This document shows, piece after piece, positions 12,600-25,725 of a stretch of DNA of 64,000 bases; position 1 is the first letter of the stretch, and the number at the start of each line of letters is the position of its first letter. The notes under the pieces are model-generated. The model saw only the letters and a list, made by a program, of their open reading frames with translations, searched no databases and was not told the origin of the DNA. Source of the DNA: Octopus vulgaris (lineage: Eukaryota). Position numbers and translations under genes: made by a program. The DNA lies in contig OX597817.1 in assembly GCA_951406725.2 (NCBI GenBank), positions 744,001 to 808,000 of the forward strand. Reading direction: 5' to 3'.

Positions 12600-13566
12600 G
12601 CTAGGTTTTGTCTGATCACAAAGCTAACAAGGCTCTTTCAAATCTCATCTATTGGCCTGGCCTACTTACACTTAAGAAACTGTATCCATAATCCATTTCA
12701 GTTAGCTGAACTTTTCCAGAGAGCTGTATCTCAGAAAGGCAGCAATAATTTCATCAGTCTAATAAGCGAGAATTTGTCAGAAGGCCTCCAGGAAAGCAAA
12801 ATGACCTACATTACACAATGAAAACAATGAAGTTTGGTGGTAAGAGTCTGACGCTTTGGGGATACATAAAAAGAGATGGTCAAAGAAAGTTGGTTAAAAT
12901 TGATGGTAATTTGAATAGTACCAAATACATCCAATTGCTGAAGGACAATTTGATATCAGACTTGGTTGAAGGTGAGATTTTTCAACATGACGGAGCTCCA
13001 TGCTGCAGATGGTGTGCAACACAAAAGAGCCTGGTTGATGTATTACCATATTCCAAGATTGATCAGCTCTGAGCCCTGACTGACTGAAATAAGATTGAGC
13101 AAATGTGGACAGAACTGAAGAGAAGAGTTTGTCACAAGAATCCACACAACCTTGAAGAGTTGTGGGAGTGGCATCTCATAGCTTTGAAGATGGTGAAGGA
13201 TATGCACGTATCTAAAGCAATTATTCAAGATAAATGAAGCCACATGAAATATTAACAATGCATGTTAACTTCTTGGAATGAACCTTATGGAATAAATTTT
13301 CATTATAGAAATTTTTCTGTTTTAAAACTTGATTGGTTTCTGTGAGGTGGCTGAAGACTTTTGTTTGGCCATTTTTGGTGGTCGTCTCACATCTTCCAAT
13401 CTCATTCAGAACCCCAACTACAAAATATAAGGATTAGGTATGGAAATGACTGCAACAGGGTCAATGCATCATCTGTAAAAAACAATGCAAAACATCCACT
13501 TCTAAGTTGGCAATTAGTAGAAATTTACAATAGTTTAAAGTGGCTGAAGACTTTTGCAAAGTACTG
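12600..13566 (+). mobile_element. Tc1-like DNA transposon remnant with IR/DR-type right end
   Basis: ORF 12818-13072 (KFGGKSLTLWG..IDGNLNSTKYIQLL..IFQHDGAPC) is Tc1 DDE-like; gtggctgaagacttttg repeated at 13347 and 13540; ends ...gtactg|TA. Confidence 0.8.
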
Positions 13567-13769
13567 TACACACACACAAACATTCACACCTATTCACATA
13601 CACACAAACACAATTTCACACATACATACACATGAACACATTCACACATACAAACACATATCCACACATACACACAAACATATTCACCCATACACGAACA
13701 CATATGCACACACATACTCACACACAAACATATTCACACACACAAACATACAAATGCATATATATTTAT

Positions 13770-13805
<36 letters not shown>
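13567..13805. repeat. Degenerate (CA)n/(TA)n microsatellite
   Basis: Seen directly. Confidence 0.9.
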
Positions 13806-14641
13806 GGTGAGAGAGAAAATTTATTGCATTTTTGTATAAGCTACTTTTCTCTGCAAGCATTTAATTGTATTAAATGATTATCCAATATTAATCACTGCAA
13901 ACTACTGAATAATAGTTCTCCATTTAATACTCATCTGAAATGGAGCGGTCACATTTGAAGCTAAGCTCCATTAACAAGGTGACAGAATTATGAAGGTGTA
14001 AACAACCAGCTGAAGCCAGCATGAGGATAATGCTTTGAAACTGTGTACCTTACAAATATAAAGGAAAGATAGTTCTACTGCATCCCCTCATTTGAAAGGC
14101 AAAAAGAAAAAATATTTTATTTTACTCCAGAATCTTTGACAGAACTTAATGACCAATGCTTACTGGAAGTTTCATAGCATCAAGTTCATACAAAGACTAT
14201 CACAAGTAATATTTTCTGACAAGTTGATAAACTATGACAATGTGAAGTTAAGAGTACTGTTTGAATACACAATGGCACATGAGTAATGGATTTGAAATTT
14301 AGCAAGCCTCAACCAGGGTATTCTAAAACCAGTGGGATTGTCCAAAGAAGATGGAATGAGACCTGAAAGACTCCTTTTTTTTTTTTTGCCTTTGAGTAAA
14401 AGCAGATGTCTTGTATACAACACCAATGTCAGTAGCTCTTATTACATCACACCTCCTTATTGTTGTAATGGGAGAAGAAGAGATTGCTGCTGCTGCATCC
14501 ATAAGCTCAATAGAGTAAGATACTGAAATACCATAATTTGTCAGTAAATTACATTTTCCAACCTGTGGCTTTAAAGACATCCAGGGGAGCTGAATGTGAC
14601 TTTCAAGGATCTGGAAGCTTTGGACTTTGTCAGCATCCCAA

Positions 14642-15340
14642 CCAGGACCAGATTAAGACCCATCGAGGCCCAAAGCACCTAAAAGATTTTGGTGCCCCCA
14701 TAAAAGATTATGTAATTCAAAATATAAACAATAACAAACCATAAAATAAATTTGTATTTTATAAAATGAAACAAAAGATAAAGAGAGGGAAAATAATGTT
14801 TATTTTTGTCTCCTTCCAATTTTTATTTAGATTTGAAAAGTTGCTTTTTTGAATTGCAGTCTTTGATGAGATCCTCAAAATTAAACTTAGGTAACACATC
14901 TGCATCTATATTTAATAGAAATAAAGGCATCCCGAATATTATTTTAGAAAGTTTAAAGTGATTTCTTTTGTGCTGTAAACCTTTTACCATTTCTGTGGTG
15001 CCAATTCCTTCCCTTGATGCCCTAAACATATGCTTATTTTGCTTCATGGTTAATCCAGCACTAATCCCAGTTCAGTAAAGTATCAAATGATACTTGGGAG
15101 GGTGCTTGGCTGTCCCTTATTGTTGCAATCGCGTATGATAATTCCTCAAGTATTTTGGGTGAAAAATGTTTAGACGGATATGCTAGGATCTCTTGGAGTA
15201 GTGCCATCTTACTGTTGCTTGTGGTTCCAACAGAAGGCAATAGAAACTATGCATGATGTGGCTTGCCATCAATAAAAAAATACTATAGACTTAGTGCATT
15301 GCTTTGCCTGGGGCCTGTAATACTATCAAAATGGCTCTGT
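14642..15340 (-). mobile_element. Internally deleted hAT-like element
   Basis: Minus ORF 14823-15047 (LFLLNIDADVLPKFNFEDLIKD) resembles the hAT C-terminal dimerisation region; CAGG...CTG-like ends. Confidence 0.4.
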
Positions 15341-15600
15341 TCTTGAATAATATATAACTGAGATAGGATTTGCATGGTTTTATATTTTGTTTATTTATGT
15401 TTCCTGAGAGGATTTTTTTGCCATTTTCTTACTGTTTATTTTTGTAAATTGAGTTATTTTCCACAGAATTGTTTTGAATTTCTCTTGTACTATTCTTAAA
15501 TAAAATAATTTGAAATCAAGCTTGTAACACAATGTAAAATTCAGTTGGCCATGAAAACATATTTTACTTTAGTAAATTAACACTTTCTACCATATAATTT

Positions 15601-16516
15601 GATAACAAAGGGCCTCTCACTCAGAGTGAAAGGCAGACTGTATGATGCATGTGTGTGAACAGCCACGCTATACGGCAGAGAAACATGGGCTGTGACTGCT
15701 GAGGATGTGCGTAGGCTTGTAAGAAATGAAGCTAGTATGCTCTGCTGGATGTGTAATATCAGTGTGCATACACGACAGAGTGTAAGCATCTTGTGAGAAA
15801 AGTTGGACATAAGAGGCATCAGATGTGGTGTGCAAGAGATATGATTGTGTTGGTATGGTCATGTGATGTGTATGGATGAGGTCAACTGTGTGAAGAAGTG
15901 TCACTTTCTAACAGTGGAGGGAACCTGTGGAAGTGGTAGAGCCAAGAAGACATGGGACAAGTTGGTGAAGCACAATCTTTGAATGTTGGGCCTCACAGAG
16001 GCAATGACAAGCGACGAGACCTTTGGATATATGCTGTGCTTGAGAAGACCTGTCAAAAGCCCTGTAAAAAGACCTGTAAAAGCACCCGTCAATCGTTGGG
16101 TGATATACTGGTGCTTGTGAAGACCTGTCAAACCAAGTGAAATCATAGTCATGGCCGATACCAGTGCCATTTGAATGGCACTCATGCTCGTGGCACGTAA
16201 AGTACCATTCAAGCATTGGGCCTCATGGAGACAGTGACGGGTGACAAAGACCTTTGGCAATATGCCATGCTTGTGTAGACCTGTCAAGCGAAGTGAGACT
16301 GTAGTCGTGGTCAATGCTGGTGTCAGGCCAGTGGCACGTAAAAAAAACACCCACTATACTCTCGGAGTGGTTGCTGTCAGGAAGGGCATCCGGCCATTGA
16401 AACCTTGCCAAATCAGATCGGAACCTGGTGTAGGCCCCTGGCTTACCAGTTTTCAGTCAAACCACCCAATCCATGCCAGCATGGAAAGCAGACATTAAAC
16501 TAAATGATGATGATGA
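15601..16516 (+). mobile_element. RTE LINE copy C (older, 5'-truncated)
   Basis: KGLSLRVKGRLYDAC... sequence with stops, conserved 3' UTR, (gat)n tail. Confidence 0.88.
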
Positions 16517-18259
16517 TTTTAATAGGAATGTGCTCCAAAATTGTGTTGAATCAGAAATCTTTACATTTTGATAGAATCATATGGTCTGTTGATTTAGCAC
16601 AAGGTCATAAATTTGTAAATTATTAAATAGAGGCCAATATATTACATATTCGTAAAGTGCTAAATTATCTCTTACCGATTTTATTGATCTCACAGAATGA
16701 AAATCAAAACTGGTCTCAAACTATATTAAATGGTGAATAGCATTCTTATTTAAATTAGTTTATCAGTCATTTTGTTATATTATTGAATGTGTGTGTTTAA
16801 AGCTTCAAAATATAAAACTTAAAATGGAAAATAAGCTGGTCGATTCCTCTGAGCATGCAAAATATGCATTAGTTTTAAAAAATGTTAACGTTATGATTTG
16901 GGATTCGAATTAGGGTTACTAGTTAAAGTTTAGAGTCGATGGAATTTAATAATTTCTTTGTTTTTTAATTCTATTTTTCATTTTATTTTCTGTTTCAACC
17001 TAAAGTATAGTGGATATTCCATAACGCTGAACCTTTGAAGCATTGAAGTGTCTGCTTTTCTAAATGCCCCTTATTATTAATATTATTATTATTTATTTAG
17101 TGTTTCAAATTAAACTATTTGGTTTATGCATAATACAATTTAGGGTTCCCTCTGTACTTTGTTTCCTCGTTTTCCTTTTTTTAATGCATATTTTGGGGTA
17201 AATTTGGAAAATAATCGACCAAGTTATTTTTTCCATTTTGAAGTTTTTTTTTTTCGAGACGACTGAGTCGGTGCTCCCGCGGTACTTTATAATTGATTTG
17301 TATGTATATCTTGACTAGCTGTTGTTATGAATTTGCCCACATTCGTAAATTTCTGAAATATTATTTAGGACAAGGGTTTTAAAAATGAATCAAGGCAGTA
17401 GTGAGTCACCTGATATCTATGTGCTTCCTGAATAATAAAATACCTGGCTATAACTTCCTAAGAAGACACTCCGGTATTTTACGCATATACAATAAACGGT
17501 TAATGTAAAAAGAAATTAACTGGAATTATAATCGTTTTGCTTTCTTTACATGAGATGAGAAATGGTCGTGTGTGACAGTTCATGTCCCTCTCAAAGGTAT
17601 TAATTAATTTAAAAGAGAGAAAGTTTAGTTCGGGAAATAGCACAAACAATACAGTTAATATTTAAAAGGTAAACATGATAAAATTATTAGAGTTTGAAGT
17701 TGTTCGTTGTAAACATAATATTAATTTCTTTTTTTAATCTAACCACAAACCAACAAATTGACAGAGAAAGGAGACGAAAACAAAAACTTCTTAACCACAT
17801 TTCTCCTTGCGTCTTAAGAATGACGCCCGATTTGTTTGTAGGTCAATGTTGTTTAGAGAAACTCTACAGGCAATAGAGATAAACACAACAAACCTGGTTC
17901 TTTTAAATACCAATTTCTTTTTTAATTACATGCACGCACACACATTTTTATACGCATGTGAATGTATAGCGGTTTATAAATTAGAAAAACAATGAGTTTC
18001 ATTCCTTCAAATAAAGAATGCCTGCTAAAACTATAAACCTTTGAAATTATATACATAATTATATGTATAAATAGTATATTGGTAGCCTTACCGCTTCCCC
18101 GAAATTACTGGCCTTGTGCCAAAATTTGAAACCAATATTGGGGCGCTTCAAAAAAAAAAACTGAACCAGATATCAAGCATCGATTATTAAAAAAAAAAGA
18201 TGTTTGAGTATATAACCGCAATTGATGTTCAGATCTTCGTCATGTTATTTAGCAGAAAA

Positions 18260-19200
18260 AGAAATCTTTAAAAGCGTCTCTCTTATATTACCAATGTCAA
18301 TTTTATTATGACTAGTCTACTGCAAGCAAATTTGCCAAATGGCATTTCAAGTGGTCTCAAGTGAATCTTACTACTCTCCTCCAGTAAGTTGTCTTCATAA
18401 TTCTGCCGGCCTTAAAAGACTCTTGCCTTCTTCCTTTGTTAATGTTCCCTCGTCGTAGGATTGGGAGACAGCATTGGCTGTCTTGAGATAGCAAACACCA
18501 TATCCGACTTTCAAATATAAAAACGCAACAAGAATGAGATGATATAACTAGAAAAAAAAAACTGATTCAGATAAGTGATCAATATAGTAGGTCACTTGCA
18601 ACCAAAAAGGATCATGTTGGTTTCCAATCAGGAGACCGATGTCTCCTGAACAGCATCGAAGTACGATTGCATTACATCTTCGTAGATGTAATGCAAATGG
18701 ATGCTTGGCGGTTTTCATGTACTATCTTCTAAGTATAAAACTCCAGCCGTACTGGAATAAATAAGATAATTAAACGAGCAATTGGAAAGTTCGATGTCTC
18801 CCGTCTGCCGGAGTCTCTCCAATTGCATTGGTCAACTGGCCTAAATTGTATCCCTAGGAAAAGGGGAACCCCATTGTCGTGGATACCATTCGCGCAAACA
18901 CAGCAATTGGTGCACGTAGACTACAAAAAGCATTAAATACGACCAAATAGGGTCATTCTATAAATTTGAACGCAAAGCATTCAAAAATATGGGTGCATAT
19001 TTACAACAATTAATCTGCAACTGACTCGTTAAAGTAACTTAAGACTATTCGAACCTGTTACTTTGCCAACGACTTTTTGAGATGGAGGAAATCGATTAAG
19101 CCACTTCCCACAAAAGTTCAGGACTTAAGAAAGGATACTTAATACTCATAATACGGGAGAAAGCGGCTAGTTTAATGGGCTGTTAATGGCTCACACAATA
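18260..19200 (+). mobile_element. Highly decayed RLE-type (CRE-like) non-LTR remnant
   Basis: Fragments GLNCIPRKRGTPLSW (compare DGLTLxPWxxGxxLxWD) and IIREKAASLMG (compare QRGNAAxxLG). Confidence 0.45.
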
Positions 19201-19554
19201 TTTGTTTAAAAATAGACATTGTTTTAAAAAATTCTACTTTCCTTCAGTTTATATAAATAAAATCTAGCACACACAACACTACAGACTCGACTTCACTACG
19301 CTTAATAAAGTGAATGTCACTGAATAGTTGTATTCTTAATGATTACAAATGACTGCAATAATTTCAGTCCCAACACACAAGATCAACTCATCTACCAAAC
19401 AAATACAGGTGTTCGTTCGCTAGATATTAATTTAGATGTTAGGATTAATCGTTCTCAAATGAAAATGAACAAATATATTAACACGAAAACCCTTCCGCCA
19501 TTATCACCTAACAATGAAGTGTCCAAAAGGCTGGGGATTAAAGGTGTGATCATG

Positions 19555-19750
19555 ATTTCTAACTTGGGCACAGGGCCTCAAATTCAAGGCAGGGATATAG
19601 TCAATCATATCGTAATTAAAACCTGACCAGTACTTTATTTTATCCCCCTCCTAAGGATGTAAGGTAAAGTTACCTCGGCGGGGGTTTGAACCCAGAACGT
19701 TAAGGCCACAACCAAATACAACAACGCATTTTGTTCAATATAAGGATTCT
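19555..19750 (-). mobile_element. SINE copy (gcctttcatcc family), diverged
   Basis: Similarity to the 8.2-8.9k copies. Confidence 0.55.
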
Positions 19751-19890
19751 TTCCTCTTAAGTTGTAAAATTTATAACAAAAAGGAAAATATTTGGACTCA
19801 ACTCGGACTAATATATTTACACTAATTTTAAATACACATTCGTCATTGTTATTCAGTTAGTCACAATGTGTTACCTTCATATACAGGCGC

Positions 19891-19927
<37 letters not shown>

Positions 19928-20226
19928 GTGTGTATGTGTGCGCGCGCACGCACACACATTTCTGCCTGCCTCACATGTGTCAAGAGTTTCGGAATAACCA
20001 TCCTTCGATAGAAGCCCAAATTGCTTTTGCTATTTTTCTTTATCTTAGTTTACAGTTATTACCGTTAATTCCCCCCCAGATACCAACTCACTCCACTTCC
20101 TAATTGTCAACCTGACCGAAAGTCGTGTCTTTTCTTTACAACTCTAATACACACTAATTAAAATTAATTAACGGGTAATAATAATGTCTACAAGACAACA
20201 GAAATAGAAAAGATTACACGACTTAC

Positions 20227-20365
20227 CTTAATGTGTGGTAACTATTATATTTTGTACAATTCCAGTTGTGTCGTTGTTGCTTCACCTGTCCAATTTACAG
20301 GTGTGATGTCGCGAGTTTACCTGGTTTGATCATCAGCCAAGGGAACTAACTTACAACAGGTAGTC
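20227..20365 (-). promoter_or_regulatory. Probable non-coding first exon and promoter of the claudin-like gene
   Basis: Strong donor AG|GTAAGT at 20227/20226; locally CpG-rich; four CAGGTR sites; AGTTAGTTCCCTTG motif. Confidence 0.5.
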
Positions 20366-21419
20366 GAGGTGTTTTTTACAAACCTAAACAAGCGTAAAGT
20401 GAATGTTGTGGATTTCGCGGCAGTCGTACATTTGATCGTTGATAAAGCCAACCCGGCCATAAATAACAGTTTTAAATATTTTACTTCTTAAAAATTAAAC
20501 TGACGTTAATTTTGTCGAGGAGAAATAATATGTTTATTGATTATTTGTTGTCTTGCAGTATCTTTATAAATATTCTTAGACAATAGTATTAGATATAAAA
20601 TAATTCATTTATAGATCAATGGTAATTGTCGTTAATACTACGAGTTTTCTTAATCTTTCGGAAGTGCATATATAGTTCCTTGTATTTAAAGTTAGAAGTT
20701 AAAAACTTAAGATAAAAAAATGAAACAAACAAACAAAAATTATTCAGAGTCGTTTATTTATTTACAATCAATACTGCACGATGGCTGAATTAATGATATT
20801 CTACAGATGAATGTTTCAAATAATAAAATGTTGAGGTTTCTTAAATTTTCTTTTAGATATGTACTCGCCTTCTTTCCGGATCGGAAGAAAAATAAATGTT
20901 GAAGTTTATATGAAAATAAAAAATCGATTGTAGCAGTCGCACAATGCAACTACCACTCATTCTTATCCAATATTCAAAAATTAGTTACCAATATTTGGTG
21001 TTTAACCTGGAATCAGCACTGATCGAGCAGAGCTCGGATGAAAGACGTTCCAGCAATGGCCATCATGTCTTGGATCATTATCGTATGATTTGAGGGAGAT
21101 TTAAATGCTGTTCCAGTTGGTCGGGTGGCTCCCTTGTGGGTTTGTTAATGTCCAGTACTAATTACTAAAGTACAATACAGTGAAGGTTATGCATAAATGT
21201 GTACATGAGGAGGACATATCCATACATATTTAGTCTCTTACTTTGAAATTAAGTCCTATGGTTAGACCACAGAGCCCTTTTGATAACATAACACAAAAAC
21301 TATACCAATCAGTTCCCCTTTGCAGTTCACCGGGATTTGCTTACTTCTCCAAGTGACCGTAGCAAGAAGCTTTCATTTACAAGTTATTAACAGCTTGACA
21401 TTAATTAATAGAGCTGCTT

Positions 21420-21595
21420 TAAGATGGCAAATTCGTAGAATCGTTAGGTTAGCAACATTCTGTTGAGGTTAACTTTGCCTTTCATTTATCCTTTCAGGGT
21501 TGATAAAATAGGTTCCAGTTGAGCCCTGGAGTCAATGTAATTCACTTACTCTCATCACCAAAATTGCTGGCTTTGTGCAAAATTTTGAAACTAAT
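21420..21595 (+). mobile_element. SINE copy (gcctttcatcc family)
   Basis: ggttaactttgcctttc..cctttcagggttgataaaa..gctggctttgtgc. Confidence 0.65.
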
Positions 21596-21869
21596 TAATA
21601 GAATAGCTGTCAGCTTTGCATGATCGAATCTTTGAGTTTCCCCTCCAGTTTTTCAGAAACTCATGAAGCTTTAAAATCTAATTTTCTTTTTAATCAATAG
21701 TTATTAGACTTGTCCCCCTCCTTTTTTTTTTCGAAATTTTGAATTTTTAGCATGTTATTAGGATGTTGTGTACATTTAACAATCCCTATTTAATAAGTTC
21801 TATTTAGCATGGACAACTTATAGGATAGAAGATATGAAAGGAGATTTATGCTCAAAGCTCCACCACTAG

Positions 21870-23679
21870 CATGGAAGTCAGAAATCAGAAGACAGAATGG
21901 ATCTTGTAATGGCTGTCTTTCCTGCAACAAAGTTTTGAATAGCAATGGCTGTGTTTTTTGTAATGGCTTATATGGATATATCTGCATCATTTGCTTGAAA
22001 ATGGGCAAATCTACTGATGGTCATGTGAACAAAGAAAACTGAAAGTTGATTATGAATGTGTACAAGAACCACAATGACTATTTCTACTGCAAAGAATGCT
22101 ACTTGAATAGAAGATCCTACCCAGATCTTATCAATATGTACAGAAACAACCAGCCTGAAAAATCAATTACTTGAAAGCTCAGGTGAATCCTCTTTAGAAG
22201 ATTCTGAAGATAACCAAATGTACTGCATGCCAAACTGTTCCAGTCACCTCACAATCTCACTTGTCTCAATTTAGCCCCCACCTCTATCTGCTGTTTTATC
22301 TCCTCATCATGGCCAACCCCAATGCTATGATTAATCATTTTAAGAGGAAGGAGAAGCTTAGCTTGATGTGCATCGGACAGAATAAAGACTTTTCCATGTC
22401 TTTTGACTTAGCAATGCAAGGACAAAGAAAAGATTGACCAATTGTGCCTCACATGACACTCTAAAAGTGGACAAGACTAAAGCAGTGTGGAACTTTGGGG
22501 ATGAGAGGATACTAATGACCTAGGGAACACAGAAGTTTAGAATCAAGAAGAATGTCTTCTCAGACAGTATGGCTTTGTGGTAGTTTCTAATATACTTTTT
22601 GATGCTGGTTGACTGGCATATTTGCAGCATGTACTGGACTTTTGTGAAACCAGACTAGATATGATACTGCAGAAGGTCAACTAGAAGTTGCAAGTCAAGT
22701 TGAAAATCAGAAAAATCAGTGAGCAAGCCCAACTTGATCATCAAAGACATGGCCTATAAACTAAGATTCCATAGAACAATTCAAACTAAATGGTCAAGTA
22801 TGAAATTTCACATCTATCATAGCTTTGCCTTCAAACCCACACTGCATACTCTCAATAAATCTTCTCCAAGTCATCTCTTTTCCATCCCACAAAATTCCAC
22901 ACTCTGCACATACGTATGCCAAGTGAGGAAATATCTTCAGTTGCTTCAGACAAACAAGGCCATCAGCTCTGACAATGCCCCTTCTATTACACTCAAACAT
23001 TATTACTATATAACCATATATGACATTTGGAGGCATGCTTCAGTGTATCCCATTTCAAAGCCAACTGTTGTTGTATTGCTCTCACCTTCAACATCTCAAA
23101 GGTAATGGAGATAGCCATTAACAATGATGGTCTTTAGCACCTTAGCTCGACTCCCCAATCCCCCACCTCTCCTCAGTGAGCACTAGCATGGCATCCTGAA
23201 GACCTATTCTTGTATGTTACACATCAGTGGGCTCTTGTCTGAGACAAGTTTAGTGAAAGCAATGTTGTTGCTCTCGACAACACCAAAAGCCTTCAGTCAT
23301 ATGGCAAGCAACTCTTTCAAAACTTTCCTTACACAGACTGCACTCATCTCTTGGATTGGTAGCTTCCTATCTAACTGCAACATCATGATATGTGTTGACA
23401 GAGCTCTTTCTCTCCCCACTGCTCTCAATTAATGCTGGTGTTCCCCAGTGTTCAGTTTTGTGTCATTCTCTTCTTTCTACGCATCGATGATCTACTTACT
23501 GCCATATCCACCAGCATCCACTCTTATGCAGATGACATGATCAATCATTCCTCTTCAACTGTACTTAGTCATGCATCTTCCACACAAAACCTAGACACCA
23601 CATACCAAACTTGTATTGATCCCATAAACGAAGGTTTGAGAGCATCCTTTAGTGGGATCATGCCAACCTTATGTCAGCA

Positions 23680-23720
<41 letters not shown>

Positions 23721-24450
23721 AAGACACTACTGTATCACATCTCCACTATATATGACTGGTACTTAGTCCTCTTTGTCACTTAAAATGCTGGCCCTTGCTA
23801 TCACTGAGAATCTCTGAATCTCTTTTGTTGAAATTACATCCTTAGCATAGCAAGGACCATATCTCAAACACTGACCTATTTTTTTCAGAGCTAGAAACAG
23901 AAAATATTTCAGACCCTAACGACTGCTGACATTCTACAAGGCACACGGAGCACACGGAGCACTCCTCTTACATCTGGAACAGTAATGCTGCCAGGGGAAG
24001 GTCACTTGACTGATTGGTATTCAAGTCTTTAAGAAACATGTTCCAGCTTCTGGCTCAGAAGCATGCTATCTCATCTCTCTGTAACACTAGCATAGCTAGA
24101 GTGTGTGCCACCTGGGATAGCCCTTCAATTTGTTGCCACTGGGCTCCACAAAATGTACATATTGCCTACAGTAGCCCCCAAGTTGTAGCATCTACATAAA
24201 AGTGGCACCAAGGATGGGCTGCCCCTCTAGCTATGCTAGTGCTTTCTTACTTTTCAATTACTTAAATAATGGCCCCTGTTTCCAAGAGACAACTGATCTT
24301 GTATTTCCACCCCTCAAGCAACCCTGAACCACTTGTCTTTTCACTTGTCTGCTCATCATCCTTCAGGTGTCCACCCCCACCACCTGGCTCTGCTAGGTTT
24401 AGTCCTTCCTCAATAGATGGGTGGGGATGCTAAGTATAATTCAAAATGAG
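21870..24450 (+). mobile_element. Decayed CR1/L2-group LINE (Cys-rich ORF1 remnant and RT remnant)
   Basis: CxxC-rich stretch at 21.9-22.1k; RT fragments LISWIGSFLSN, GVPQ and IHSYADD near 23.3-23.55k. Confidence 0.6.
24085..24241. mobile_element. 157-bp MITE with perfect 17-bp TIRs
   Basis: cactagcatagctagag (24085-24101) is the reverse complement of ctctagctatgctagtg (24225-24241). Confidence 0.7.
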
Positions 24451-25531
24451 TGGAAAATACATATTTTATAACTCATACATTTACAGGTTTAAAAAAACCC
24501 ACACAAACAAAAACAAAAAAAAACACAAAGAAATTCTTCTTAAAATTGAAATTGCTTTTTGTAACAAAAGAAAAATTTCTTTCAGATAATAAAAAAAAAA
24601 ACCTGCCCATTAGAAATTCATCAGAGAACTGTCTTTTGTTTTTGTAACAATACGTATAGAGAAGCAAACAGCAGAACCTATACTAGGTTTTTAATCCATT
24701 ATATAAAATGGAAAGATAATTTCCAGTAATAGTGTAGCATTAGCTTAGCCTTTAAGCATGCAGCAAATATAATGCGATTAAGTCATTAATTACTAGAAAC
24801 ACACACACACACACACTTTGCTCTCTTTTAAACAAGACTGGATGTACATGTGTAGTGTGTGCAAACAGATGTCTGACTACCGTTAAATTTACAGCTCCAC
24901 ATAGATTAATATTGTCCAGTCTGCTTCCAGTAAAGTGGTTAAGTAACTATTATACTTAGCAGCATTACTAAGTATAAAATACAGAGAAAATGTAGGAGAA
25001 ATGACAATAAGCAGAAGTTTATATCATTTGTTCCTATGTATGTTTCACCATTGCATTTAAAAAAAAAAGTTCTACATTGGATGCGATTGTATACTGAACT
25101 GCAACGGATCAGCAGGGAACACTTCAGTGAATTGTTACAGAGAACTCATCTCTTTAGGCGTCCAAACAACTGATAGTCAGATAGGGCCAAATCAGGAGAA
25201 TAAGGCGGGTGATCAACATACACAAAAAAATAAAGATGGTCATGGCTGGAATGTCTTTTGTTATGTCTCAGAGTTGGCTTGCAGCTAATCATTCATATGT
25301 ACTGAACTAATTTATTTATTTGATAATAATTGTGTTGGTTATAACTGTGCTGGTACCAAAAAAGCAGCATCCAGTCATAGAAACCCTGCCGGATCAGACA
25401 GTGGAGCTTAGTGTTGTCCCTTGGCCCACCAGCACCTGTCAAACCACCCAACCCATGCCAGCATGGAAATAGACTTTAAATAATAATAATAATAATAATG
25501 ATCATTATTATTATTAGTATTATCATCATCA

Positions 25532-25725
25532 CAGCAGCAAGCAGCCAGAGTCGTTAGTACACTGGGCAAAATTCTTAGCAGTATTTCGTCTGCCGCTATG
25601 TTCTGAGTTCAAATTGCACCAAGGTCAACTTTGCCTTTCATCTTTTCAGGGTCGCTAAATTAAGTACCAGTGAAACACTGGGGTCGATGTAAACAACCAA
25701 TCCCCTCCCACCAAAATTTCAAAGA
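25532..25725 (+). mobile_element. SINE copy (gcctttcatcc family)
   Basis: gttctgagttcaaat..gcctttcatcttttcagggtcg..gtaccag; preceded by an RTE 3' end at about 25365-25480. Confidence 0.75.

Noticed and set aside
13361-13877. His/Thr-rich ORFs
   Set aside because: Translations of a (CA)n microsatellite
14010-14050. Hammerhead-like ctgaagc-agcat..atgct-gaaa
   Set aside because: Core is mismatched and no stem I or III is evident; too weak without a family consensus
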